Notes under the pieces: generated by a model
Databases searched by the model: none
What the model was told of the DNA's origin: nothing
What the model saw: the letters and a program-made list of their open reading frames with translations, nothing else
Assembly: GCF_006345805.1 (NCBI RefSeq)
Contig: NC_043003.1
Coordinates: 29,388,001-29,452,000 of the forward strand
From: Octopus sinensis
Lineage: Eukaryota
Length of the DNA: 64,000 bases
Reading direction: 5' to 3'
Program-made: the position numbers and the translations under genes
Part shown: in pieces, positions 12,486-22,996 of the stretch
How positions within the stretch are numbered: position 1 is the stretch's first letter
Layout of the letters: each line of letters begins with the position of its first letter

Positions 12486-12640
12486 AAAATATGGCGACCA
12501 CAATACTGGTTGATAAAGCGGTGTTGAGATGTACGAGGAATACAGAATGCGAAGTTTGGTGAAAGACTATACTGGAGAAATTGAGAATATTAGAGAGAAA
12601 GAGTGAAAAATATTTAATTCAAATATTCATATCATATTTA
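12486..12640 (+). other. Putative first (5' UTR) exon of the CCDC178-like gene, with a 23-codon uORF
   Basis: AAAATATGGCG (YY1/initiator-like) at 12486-12496 just after the X-box; uORF MATTILVDKAVLRCTRNTECEVW* (12491-12562); consensus donor GTAAGT at 12641. TSS position approximate. Confidence 0.5.
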
Positions 12641-12673
12641 GTAAGTAATGGGATCCCTACCCTCGTTTCGTTG

Positions 12674-12741
<68 letters not shown>

Positions 12742-13346
12742 TACACGCTAAAGCATTTTGTTTTCATAATCGTTTTTCAAAATATTGTTGTTCATTAGGC
12801 CCAGTCTTATGATAAATATCGTTCTGGCTATGCCAACCCCGTTGTTTTCCAGACAGAGTATATAGGAAGACACGATCCAGTATATTTCCCCATTATTTTT
12901 AAAGGGGGTAAAGTGTGATAGAGGGAGATTTGGCTGCTATTTCTAGCATGTCACAACTCCGCACAAGTTTCCGTATTGCTTTGACCTGTCATGATTATGG
13001 TTGTTCAGCGCGATGCCCACCTTGGAGCTACAATCCTACGATCGAAAGCATTTCTACCATGACAAACCATCGTTCTAAGTTTGCCTAGGACTACATTAAT
13101 TGAGCTGTCCTTTCTTTCTATAAAGTGATAGAATACACAAACTAGATAAAAAAAAAAAAAAATGAGATAGAGTGGGAGTTGTATGAAAATTGACTGCTGT
13201 TTCTAGCTTACCAATTGACCAGGTAAGAGGCATCTTCGTTGGATTGTCTTGTTCCCAAGTCATGTCTGCGTCAGGAAACCTCTAATCAAAAATGTTCCAT
13301 GTGCACAGATACACTGGGCAGTTGACTGAGGTCCAGATTTCTAGGG

Positions 13347-13593
13347 CAGTGGTTCATATAAGAATTTGTTTATATGGGGTCCATATAACATTTTGCTATT
13401 AAAAATTATGTGCAATAAATTGGTTATACTTCTACAATGCACAAAATATTTTAACAAATTTTTTTATACAATTCGTAATAATATTTGATAATAAAAATAT
13501 AAGATTCTTTTAAACTTTGTAAGGCTATGGGGTTCACCTGAGCAAAAGAGGAATCAAGGGTGTCCATAGGCAAAAAATGGTTGAAGACCACTG
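13347..13593. mobile_element. hAT-type MITE (about 247 bp)
   Basis: Ends CAGTGGTTC... and ...GAAGACCACTG; flanks ttctaggg and atctaagg are consistent with a decayed 8-bp TSD. Confidence 0.65.
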
Positions 13594-14149
13594 ATCTAAG
13601 GACTTGGGTTTCCATCAGTAAATTGCATTGCTCAACCCATGGATCTATAATGCTGTTAAGATGGCTTTGCTTCCAGTCATGACCATCTTGATATTTTTTT
13701 TGTTTTTCTCTCAGGTATAGTGTATCTGAAACAACAATATGTACTGTGTACTTACCTTAAGACAATAGAGGACTTTTCTTCAGGTATAGTGTATCTGGAT
13801 CTACAATATCCTTTTAAGACAACTAGGGATGATTTTTGTGGGGGTAGTTGGAGTGGAATTTGGTTGTTAGTTCCAGCAGGTCAAACGACCACGAAGTTTT
13901 TCTTGATTAACTCCACTTTAGGAGGGGAGATAATCTCATGAATTAAAAATTCTCAGAAAATGACTTGCCATTAAGAGAAAGGACAGGCTCATGGTCTGGA
14001 GATAAGGGAACAATCATTGACACATGTTTCTGGTTCAATAGCATGACATTTGTCTGTCTTTATCTCCAGTAGACTCACTCTATTTTTATAGGTGCCCAGT
14101 CCAGTAAGACATGAACTGGGCAAGACACAATGGTCAGGTGATAATATGA

Positions 14150-14357
14150 AGCGAGATGGCAGAAACGTTAGCACGCCAGGCGAAATAGTTAGCATTACTT
14201 CGTCTGCCCCTACGTTCTGAGTTCAAATCCCGCCGAGGTTGACTTTGCCTTTCATCCTTTCGGGGTCGATAAATTAAGTACCAGTTGCGCACTGGGGTCG
14301 ATGTAATCGACTTAATCCCTTTGTCCTTGTTTGTCCCCTGTGGGCAATAAAGAATTA
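14150..14357 (+). mobile_element. Young SINE family A
   Basis: Retains CpGs (gcacgccaggcgaaa...cccgccgaggttgactttgcctttcatcctttcggggtcgataaattaagtaccag); short aatatga duplication at both flanks. Confidence 0.9.
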
Positions 14358-14394
14358 AATATGATGGATACAATGTATGCATTTGCCACCTATA

Positions 14395-14810
14395 CCTGAC
14401 CTTTCAGGGATAGCTTTCTCTCAGCCCATTTCTAGGTGAGAGTGGCCAACCTACTTGTCACCTCATCCCAGTTCTTCTCCATTTGGAAATCTGAACCAAA
14501 CCAGACCTCAAATTATTTCACTGGTACATCTTTCCAGTAAACTATGACAGAATTGGATGGCATGGACTAGCTTCTCCAGGTGACGAGCAGCAGACCCACT
14601 GACTTTTCTTGGTTGATTTTTGCTCCTGTCACTGCCTCGTATTCCCTTTGAATAGTGCCAATCACCTCAATGTGCCTATTGTTGGACACTATGACAGTGA
14701 TCTCATTTGTTTTTGCTCACATGGTTATCCCATGTCTCAGTTGGCATGGGGATTCCTCTCAACATCTCCAATTTCTGCAGTAATGTCTCTACCGTGAGTA
14801 CTTACAGAAG
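14395..14810 (-). mobile_element. Tx1/L1-clade reverse transcriptase fragment
   Basis: Minus translation EITVIVSNNRHIEVIGTIQREYEAVTGAKINQEKSVGLLLVTWRS...MEKNWDEVTSRLATLT*KWAERKLSLKG, with stops. Confidence 0.8.
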
Positions 14811-14864
14811 AGATCAGAGGAGATAACCATGACAGATTGAGTACATGATATACAATAATAATAA

Positions 14865-15200
14865 TAATAATCACCATTTAACATCCTCTGTCCATGCAGG
14901 CATAGGTTGGATGGTTTGACAGGAGCAGGTAAATAAGAAAACTGTCAACTGTCTGCTTTGGCATGGTTTTTATAGCCGAATGCCCTTCTTATTCCCAACC
15001 ACTTTACAGAATGTGTTGGGTAGTTTTTTTCTATCTAGCACCAGCAGCTGTGAGGTTACCAAATAACTTGCAAGACATGACTTTTCAACTGAGCGGGGCA
15101 TAGTATTGAGAGAGGTGGCTTTGTGTTAGGTGATAGGAAGTTAAAGTATGAATAGCAGGATGAAAGAGATACCTGGCTACATGAGTAAGAGAGAATGGAG
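14865..15200 (-). mobile_element. Decayed RTE 3' UTR-like copy
   Basis: ccatttaacatcc...gcataggttggatggtttgac...gaatgcccttcttattcccaaccact. Confidence 0.6.
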
Positions 15201-15908
15201 AGTGAGAGAGATGTGATGGAGCCCATATCCAAGATACAGGGAGGTGTATAAAGTGAAGTGGGCCAGAAATTGGATAGGGTGTAATAGGTGGGTGAGTTTG
15301 TGAGAGTGTGAAAGGGAGAATGGGCAGAGGGTATTAAGAGGATATGTTGTGAAGAAGAAATTTGATAGATGTATTATGTGCTGGTAGGTTTGCAAGGGAG
15401 AGTTAGAGAATGAGGGAAGCAGACCCCCCCCATGAATGGTGAATACAGGTGGGGAGGTGGAAGAGGTTTGTCGGGGACAGATTGTGTGTGGTGTGAAGGC
15501 ATGGATATAAGGAACATGCCTTCATGGCCTAGATTTTATTTTGGCATTGCAAATCATCTCTTCACTCCTACCTCCCATCAACTCATAGATCACCTCATGC
15601 CCCTTATCCACCCATTAACCCAACCCAGTTCTTACAGTTGTCACCTACTCTTCCATACCTTCTCCACTTGTCATTCCTTAACATTTGTCCTTCATTCATT
15701 GTATTCATCCCACTCGCCCGTTTCCCATCTCTAACAATTCTCACTCCCCAGTACACTTTTGCGACCTCCATCCAACCACACACTCTGTTCTCCTGTCCCC
15801 ATTCACTTCTACTCACCTTATACTTTAAGGTTCCCCATTGGCACATCATCATCATCATCACCATAATCATTTAGCCATGTGCCTTTACATGTGTGTGTAT
15901 GTATATAT

Positions 15909-16205
15909 GAAGGCATATGACTCAATGGTTAGAGTGTCGAACTCATAATCATGAGCTAGTGAGTTCAATTCTTAAACTGGGCTGTGTGTTGTGTTCTTGA
16001 GCAAGACATTTTATTTCATGTTGCTCCAATTCATTCAGCTGTAGAAATGAGCTGCATCATCACTGGTGCCAAGCACTATCGGCCTTTGGCTTTCCGACAG
16101 AAAACATCAGTGACATGGAGAGGGGAGGCTGGTGTGCATGGACTTGTGCTTTGGAGGCGAACTTTCTAGGTGCAATCCCATGGTCATTCATAACCGAAGG
16201 GGGTT
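15909..16205 (+). mobile_element. tRNA-derived SINE family C
   Basis: A-box-like tgactcaatggttagag, B-box-like gagttcaattc, then gtgttgtgttcttgagcaagacattttatttc...ctaggtgcaatcccatggtc. Reverse copies at 21783-22107 and 57995-58320. Confidence 0.8.
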
Positions 16206-16331
16206 TCTACTCTATCCCCTGTTTTACTTTTACTTTTTTTTTTGCTGCTGTGTTATAGGGCACATGAGCCCAATATACAATAAGCTCGTATTAATTATGA
16301 TAATGATCATTACTATTGTTATTAGGCCTAG

Positions 16332-16590
16332 TAAGGTGGCAAGTTAGCTGAATCATTAGCATGACAGGTGAAATGCTTAATGGCATTTTGTCCATCTTTA
16401 AGTTCTGAGTTCAAATTCCATGAGGTCGATTTTGCCTTTCGTCCTTTTGGAGGTCAATAAAATAAATATCAGTTGAGTACTGGAGTTGATGTAATCAACT
16501 TACCCACTCCCTCAAAATTGCTAGCCTTGTGCCAAAATTTGAAATCATTATTATTAGGCCTTGTGCCTATAGTAAAAAGGATCATTATTA
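16332..16590 (+). mobile_element. SINE family A with duplicated tail, ending in (ATT)n
   Basis: Family A motif series; the ggccttgtgcc tail occurs twice. Confidence 0.8.
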
Positions 16591-16619
16591 TTATTATTGT
16601 TGTTATTATTATTATTATT

Positions 16620-17173
16620 GAGTGAGAGAGCAGTGCATGCCATCAAAGTGACACTGGGGAAAAATATACGAAGCCCAGTATACCCATCATGACTACCCGT
16701 CTGATAAGGGTACACCAGGCACATGCATCACAACCATATGTGCGCGACATGGTGAACTCATATCAAGATAAACAGCACATGACCTTGCAGGTGGGGCCCA
16801 GTTAGAATTTTCTTCTGACTGAGTAACCCATCCTGCTCAAAAGGTCCCTGAATAAGGGTTATTTAAGGATGTTGAACGAAACACCCATGTTTCCAGAGGT
16901 GAATTATTCAAACCCCAAAGCATCCCTCTCAACACATGGCTATGATGCTCCCCCATTACTTCTGCTCATGATCAGAGATGCACATATATCGTCAGCCACT
17001 AAGGGACATGCTCAACTGGTTAAGATCAAACAACTGACAAGCAAATCTGTGGTATTGAGCAGAATATTTGCTGTAGCCTATCTTTTATACCAAGCCAAAA
17101 CAATGTACATGATAACACTTCCAATAATCAGTTAAGATCAGAAGCCATCAGAGCCACTGCATCAGGGCATTTA
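16620..17173. mobile_element. ~555-bp (ATT)n-embedded interspersed element, copy 1
   Basis: GAGTGAGAGAGCAGTGCATGCC...CATCAGGGCATTTA; highly similar to 17862-18420 and 44341-44905; ATT repeats on both sides. Confidence 0.9.
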
Positions 17174-17195
17174 TTATTATTATTATTATTATTCG

Positions 17196-17470
17196 AATCT
17201 GGCCGTTGCCAGCGCCGCCTCGACTGGCCTCTGTGCTGGTGGCATGTAAAAAGCACCAACCGATCGTGGCCGTTGCCAGCCTCACCTGGCATGTAAAAAG
17301 CACCCACTACATTCATGGAGTGGTTGGCGTTAGGAAGGGCATCCAGCTGTAGAAACACTGCCAGATCAGACTGGGCCTGGTGCAGCCTCCTGGCTTCCCA
17401 GACTCCAATTGAACCGTCCAACCCATGCTAGTATGGAAAGTGGACGTTAAATGATGATGATGTTGATGAT
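17196..17470 (+). mobile_element. Short copy of the RTE 3' UTR with (GAT)n tail
   Basis: Matches 30170-30545. Confidence 0.85.
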
Positions 17471-17512
17471 TATTATTATTATTATTATTATTTTATTATT
17501 ATTATTATTAGG

Positions 17513-17705
17513 GATATGAGCTGGCAGAACTGTTAGCATGCTGGGCAAAATGCTTAGCGGTATTTTGTCCATTTTTACATTCTGAATTCAAATTCCGCTG
17601 AGGTTGACTTTACCTTTCATCCTTTTGGAGTCAATAAAATGAGTACCAGTGAAACACTGGGGGTCGATGTAATTGACTATTCCCCTCCCCACCAAAGTAG
17701 AAAAG
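17513..17705 (+). mobile_element. SINE family A followed by a (GTT/GCT/ATT)n tract
   Basis: Family A motif series. Confidence 0.85.
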
Positions 17706-17782
17706 ATTATTGTTGTCGTTTTTGTTGTTGTTGTTGTTGTTGTCGTCATCATCGCTGCTGCTGCTGTTGTTGTTGTTATTGT

Positions 17783-17814
<32 letters not shown>

Positions 17815-17829
17815 TTGTTGTTGTTGTTG

Positions 17830-17861
<32 letters not shown>

Positions 17862-18415
17862 GAGTGAGAGAGCAGTTCATGCCATCAAAGTGACACTGGG
17901 GTAAAATATACGAAGCCCAATATACCCATCATGACTACCCGTCTGATAAAGGTACACCAGGCACATGCATCACAACCATATGTGCGCGACATGGTGATCT
18001 CATATCAAGATAAACAGCACATGACCTTGCAGGTGGGGCCCAGTTAGAATTTTCTTCAGGTTGAGTAGCCCATCCCGCTCAAACGGTCCCCGAATAAGGG
18101 TTGTTTAAGGATGTTGAAAGAACCACCCATGTTTCCAGAAGTGAACTAGTCAAACCCCAAAGCATCCCTCTCAACACATGGCTATGATGCTCCCCCACTA
18201 CTTCTGCTCGTGATCAGAGATGCACATATCGTCAGCCACTAAGGGACATGCTCAACTGGTTAAGGTCAAACAACTGACAAGCAAATCTGTGGTATTGAGC
18301 AGAATATTTGCTGTAGCCCATCTTTTATACCAAGACAAAACAATGTACATGATAACACTTCCAATCAGTTAAGATCAGAAGCCATGAGAGCCACTGCCTG
18401 GTACTGCATCAGGGC

Positions 18416-18420
<5 letters not shown>
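17862..18420. mobile_element. ~555-bp (ATT)n-embedded element, copy 2
   Basis: Same ends as copy 1; flanked by (ATT)n. Confidence 0.9.
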
Positions 18421-18464
<44 letters not shown>

Positions 18465-18627
18465 TTCTATATTTAAGAAATGAGGAATTATGTACATTAT
18501 TTACATTATTTACATTTGACAGATATTTGTCCTCATCTTGTTTGTTGTTAACACAATGTTTCAGCTGATATACCCTCCAGCTTTCATCAGGTGTCTTGGG
18601 GAAGTTTCAAACCTGGGAATTTTTCGA

Positions 18628-18632
18628 TGTTG

Positions 18633-18687
<55 letters not shown>

Positions 18688-18695
18688 CATTATTA

Positions 18696-18764
<69 letters not shown>

Positions 18765-18870
18765 TCAATGCCTGGAATCAAACTCAGAATCTTGGGGTTA
18801 GTAGCCCGCGTTCTTAACCACTATTATTATTATTATTATTATTTTATTATTATTATTATTATTATTATTA
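18628..18870. repeat. Long (ATT)n microsatellite, interrupted
   Basis: Directly visible. Confidence 0.95.
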
Positions 18871-18873
18871 TAA

Positions 18874-19212
18874 AAGCAGCAAGCTTGTAGAATCATTAGC
18901 ATGCTGGGCGAAATGCTTCGTGGCATTTTTTCTGGTTCTATGTTCTGAGTCCAAATTACACTGAAGTTGACTCTGCCTTTCACCATTTTGGCCTCAGTAA
19001 AATAAGCATAAGTTGAGCACTGGGATCAATGTAATTGACTAGGTCCTGCCCGCCAAATTTTAGGCCTTGTGCCTTTAGTAGAAAGGCTTATTATTAAAAT
19101 AGTTGCTGACTGAATCATTAATATGCTGGACAAAATGCTTTAGTGGAATTTCTTCTGGTTTTACACTCTCAGTTCAAATTCCACAGAGGTCTACTTTGCT
19201 TTTCATCCTTTC
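18874..19212 (+). mobile_element. Two SINE family A copies
   Basis: Motif series at 18878 and 19105. Confidence 0.75.
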
Positions 19213-19214
19213 TC

Positions 19215-19560
19215 ATCATCATGATCATCATCATCCTTTAATATTTGCCTTCCATGCTGGCATGGGTCGGACAGTTTGACAGGAACTGGCCAGGCAGAAG
19301 ACTGCACCAGACTTCTGTGTCTGATTTAGCATGATTTTTATGGCTGGATGCCCTTTCTGACACCAATCACCCTGCAGAGTGGACTGAGTGCTTTTTACAT
19401 GGTGCCAGCACTGGCAGGGTCACCAAGTGACTTGCAAGGAATTTCAAGACTGGAGGGAGTATTGAAGGAGGTGATCTTGTGTCAGATGATGAAATGTTAG
19501 AGTGAGACAGAGTGGCAGAAACAGTTGTCTTGCTATAGAGGAGATACATGTGTTAACTGG
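19215..19560 (-). mobile_element. RTE 3' UTR-like copy
   Basis: catcatcatcctttaatatttgccttccatgctggcatgggtcggacagtttgac...ggctggatgccc. Confidence 0.7.
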
Positions 19561-19816
19561 CAAAGAGAGAGGGAGAGAGAGATCGACTCATACATTGTGT
19601 GTGTGTATGGATTGATACAATAAGAGACAGTTGAGCACTGGAGTCGATGTAATTGACTTACCCCCTACCCTCAAAATTTCAGGCCTTGTGTCCATAATAG
19701 AAAAGATTATAAAGCATGTAGCTGTACATAATGGAGTAAAATTCAATGTTTTTTATATCTTTTTCTTCTTTTTTTATTTCTGTAATCAGTCAGGTGGTTT
19801 GATGATATTTTGAAAC

Positions 19817-19916
19817 ATGGCACTAAAGAAGAGGAAAATAAAACTCGTGACATTGGAAGACTTGCATCTATCATTTGATGATGAAGTTCGTGAATCCTGT
19901 TTGTGGATGGAAGACC
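19817..19916 (+). CDS. CCDC178: CCDC178-like coiled-coil protein, coding exon 1
   Basis: Acceptor after a T-rich tract (cag at 19789 or 19793), in-frame upstream TGA, aacATGg; MALKKRKIKLVTLEDLHLSFDDEVRESCLWMED; donor GTAAGT at 19917 (phase 1). Confidence 0.75.
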
Positions 19917-20312
19917 GTAAGTATTGTCAGGCTATGTAACCATGGTCATTTTATATTCTCTGAATGGATTGGCTGGATGAAGAGAATGGAAACTTTCCTC
20001 TGCTATTTCTGTTATTTGTTTGTATGAGTAAGGAGGTTTACATTCATACCTATAGATGTTGGGAATGCATTATGAATGGGTGTAACAGTGGGATGATGGG
20101 AGGAGTATGCGAGAGGTTTGAGTGGGTTTAGGAGGGAGTTAGAGAAACTGCGGGTTTGGTTGTGTTGCTACTACAAGAAGGGTTCTTATGGTACCAGTTA
20201 AAAGAATTGGGAATAGAACACAGTTGACAGTGAATCAATGATGGCTGGATGTTAAGTGTTGGGTAGTGAGTGTTGGTTTGTCTATGAGACATGTCTCACT
20301 TTCTATATATAT

Positions 20313-20348
<36 letters not shown>

Positions 20349-20444
20349 ATAACAAAGGGTAAAATTAATTAATTAAGAAGTAATCAGTAATTTCACCAAG
20401 TAGAATTTGGCTTGAAAAAGACCATTTCATGGTAAGCTTAAGTA

Positions 20445-20523
20445 ATACATTATAAATAGGGTTCAGCAACGATTTTGGTATGTGGTGAAGCAAATTATTG
20501 CTGAACCCTATTTATAAAGTATA
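20445..20523. repeat. 25-bp inverted repeat (hairpin) inside a short unit embedded in (TA)n
   Basis: atacattataaatagggttcagcaa ... ttgctgaaccctatttataaagtat, 1 mismatch. Confidence 0.85.
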
Positions 20524-20822
20524 TATATATATATAAATACATACACACACACACACACACATATATATATATTCACATTATATGTCAGAGCAAACACTAG
20601 AGTATAATGCAGTCCTTGGATCTACAGGATCCCATCAAACCAGCCAACCCATGTGAACATGAAACTGTGACATTAAATGATACACATACATACAAGTATG
20701 CATGCTTGCCTACATACATACATATGTAAATATGTATGTACATATGGACTTACATACCTACATATCTTTATACGTATATATGTACATACATAAGTATATA
20801 CGCACACACATACACACACACA

Positions 20823-20854
<32 letters not shown>

Positions 20855-21611
20855 TACACAAGCACAAAGTTCAGGTCAATTCAAGGTTATGAGAAATGAC
20901 ATTTGGCCAATACACTTGACTATGTACAAGCTTCCTTTCTCTTATCTCTCTCTTAATAGCTTGACCATATAACAGCTTTCTCTCTCTCACCCCCCCTCTC
21001 TCTCTTTCCTTTTGTCTCTCTCTCATTAGCTTAATGAAGAATGATCTCTTTCTCATTAGCTTGACCAAGTAACATCTCCTTCACATTACCTTGAACACAC
21101 TGTTCTTTCTCTCTCTCCCTCCCTCTCTCTCCCTCTTCTCTTTCTCTCCCTCTCTCTCTGATTAACTTCACTATGTAGCAGCTCTTTTTTCTTTTTGTCG
21201 TGTGTCGATGTCTTGCAAACAACTTGCACATGCAAGTGCTACCAGTCAAAAGCTCCGTATACTGGAAGCCAGCAAGTGTATGGGGTCATCAGGAGAGAAT
21301 GCGCTCCGTTTCGGGGCCTACCTCTCAACAGCATCAATGCGCACCGGCCCCCCTTACTGATATGAGGCCCCGCTTGCTATGTTATGAAGTTAAACTCAAT
21401 ATCCTTCTAGCCATCGCTCATCGTCTCTTTTTAACCAGTAGAATAAGCATGTTTGGTTTATATTAGGTCTTTAGTGTTGCAGGCAGTGTCATAGACAAAC
21501 TTGCTGAAGTCTGTTACCATATTTCTGGTGAAACACTCTGCCTTTGTTTCAGTTAATTTTTAAAATAATTAAAGATTTTATGAAATAACTGTTATTAAAC
21601 TGGTGTTTAAG

Positions 21612-21778
21612 GGTGGTGAGCTGGCAGAATCATTAGTGCACCAGACAAAATGCCAAGCAGCAACTTTGCCTTTCACCCTTTGAGGGTCAATAAAATGAGT
21701 ACCTGTGGCACACTGGGCTCTATATGACTGAATAACCTTCACCTGCAGAATTTCAGGCTTTGTGCCCATAGTAGTAAA
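21612..21778 (+). mobile_element. SINE family A, internally deleted
   Basis: ggtggtgagctggcagaatcattag...caactttgcctttcaccctttgagggtcaataaaatgagtacc. Confidence 0.75.
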
Positions 21779-21782
21779 GATC

Positions 21783-22107
21783 CCTTTTGGTCATGGACGA
21801 CCATGGGATTGCACCTAGAAAGTTACCATCAAAAGCACAAGTCCAGGCAAGGTTGTTTATGGAAGACCAGCAGTCGCCCATGCATACCAGTCTCCCCTCT
21901 CCATGCCACTGATGTTATCCAAGGGAAAGGCAAAGGCTGATACAACTTGGCACCAGTGACATTGCAACTAATTTCTACAGCTGTGTGAACTGGAGCAATG
22001 TGAAAAATAATGTTTTGCTCGAGAACACAACACGCCGCCTGGATTAGGAATTGAACTCACTACCTCATGATTGTGAAACTGATGCTCTAACCACTAAGCC
22101 ATGCACC
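21783..22107 (-). mobile_element. SINE family C
   Basis: Reverse complement of the 15909-16205 family. Confidence 0.8.
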
Positions 22108-22204
22108 TATAGTAGAAAGGATTATGAAACTGGTATTTGAGACGTAAACTAGCATGAAATTTTGATGGAAAGTTAGAGTTTAGATCACTTTAAAACAGGA
22201 AGTT

Positions 22205-22365
22205 TATAATAATAATAATAATAATAATGAAATTATTGTATACAGTGCTCAGGTGCGCCACAACTTGTCAGAAAGTGCGTATAAAGTATATGCAGTAATG
22301 TACAAATGTCTGGAAAGCGAACAATGTATGAGTCAGATACATGCTTGTGTGTGTATGGAGGGGGG
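22205..22365 (-). mobile_element. CR1 LINE 3' UTR copy with (ATT)n tail
   Basis: Reverse complement ...gttgtggcgcacctgagcactgtatacaataatttcattattatt matches 42725-42790. Confidence 0.7.
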
Positions 22366-22461
22366 GGGCAGATTTGAGAAAGTTGGTTTGAAATGGGTTG
22401 CTCTTTAACTATTGCTTGCTCTACCCACTTCATAAAGTTTCATGTTGCTCTTATTTTTTAG

Positions 22462-22581
22462 CTTTAATCAATGTACCAGCTTGCACCTATGAAAACTTCC
22501 CTGAGGATCCACAAGAAAATAGTATTAATGAGCTGATTTTGTTCTTCAAAAATAACCAAGAACTGTTTGATCAATTTAAAG
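22462..22581 (+). CDS. CCDC178: CCDC178-like, coding exon 2
   Basis: ttattttttag|CTTTAATC...TTTAAAG|gtaagt; 120 nt, phase 1/1; PLINVPACTYENFPEDPQENSINELILFFKNNQELFDQFK. Confidence 0.8.
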
Positions 22582-22996
22582 GTAAGTCAATGTCTTAGAC
22601 AGGCATTTATTGATATATTACCATTTGATGCTGTTGTTTTAAGGGAGAAATCCTTATTGGTCTTGTTCATATACACATGTGCCACCAGTTGTGGCACATA
22701 TGATAGTTTGTATACCATATTAGTAGTGTTGTTATTAAATATAACACTACTACTATCATCCTGCTCTCCCTCCCCTTCCTCTCCTCCATCTTCCTCCCCC
22801 TCCTTTTCTCTCCCTCCTCCTCCTCCTCTTTTCTGATGGGGGAAATGTTATCTTAGTTTGATGTAGGTGAGGTTTGGCTACAGGAAGGGCACCCAGCTGT
22901 TGAAAATTTGTCTCAAAAAATTCCATCTGACCTATGTAGGCATGGAAAAGTGAACATTAAAATGATGATGATGAAGCAATGATTATTATTATTATT

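Noticed and set aside
16869-17135. 88-aa ORF repeated at 44591-44857
   Set aside because: Lies inside the 555-bp repeat, starts at TTG and is broken by a TAG in copy 2; not a gene.
17639-18986. Poly-I/L/Y/N/C and (YI/CV/HT)n ORFs here and throughout the track
   Set aside because: Translations of ATT, TA, CA and CT microsatellites.
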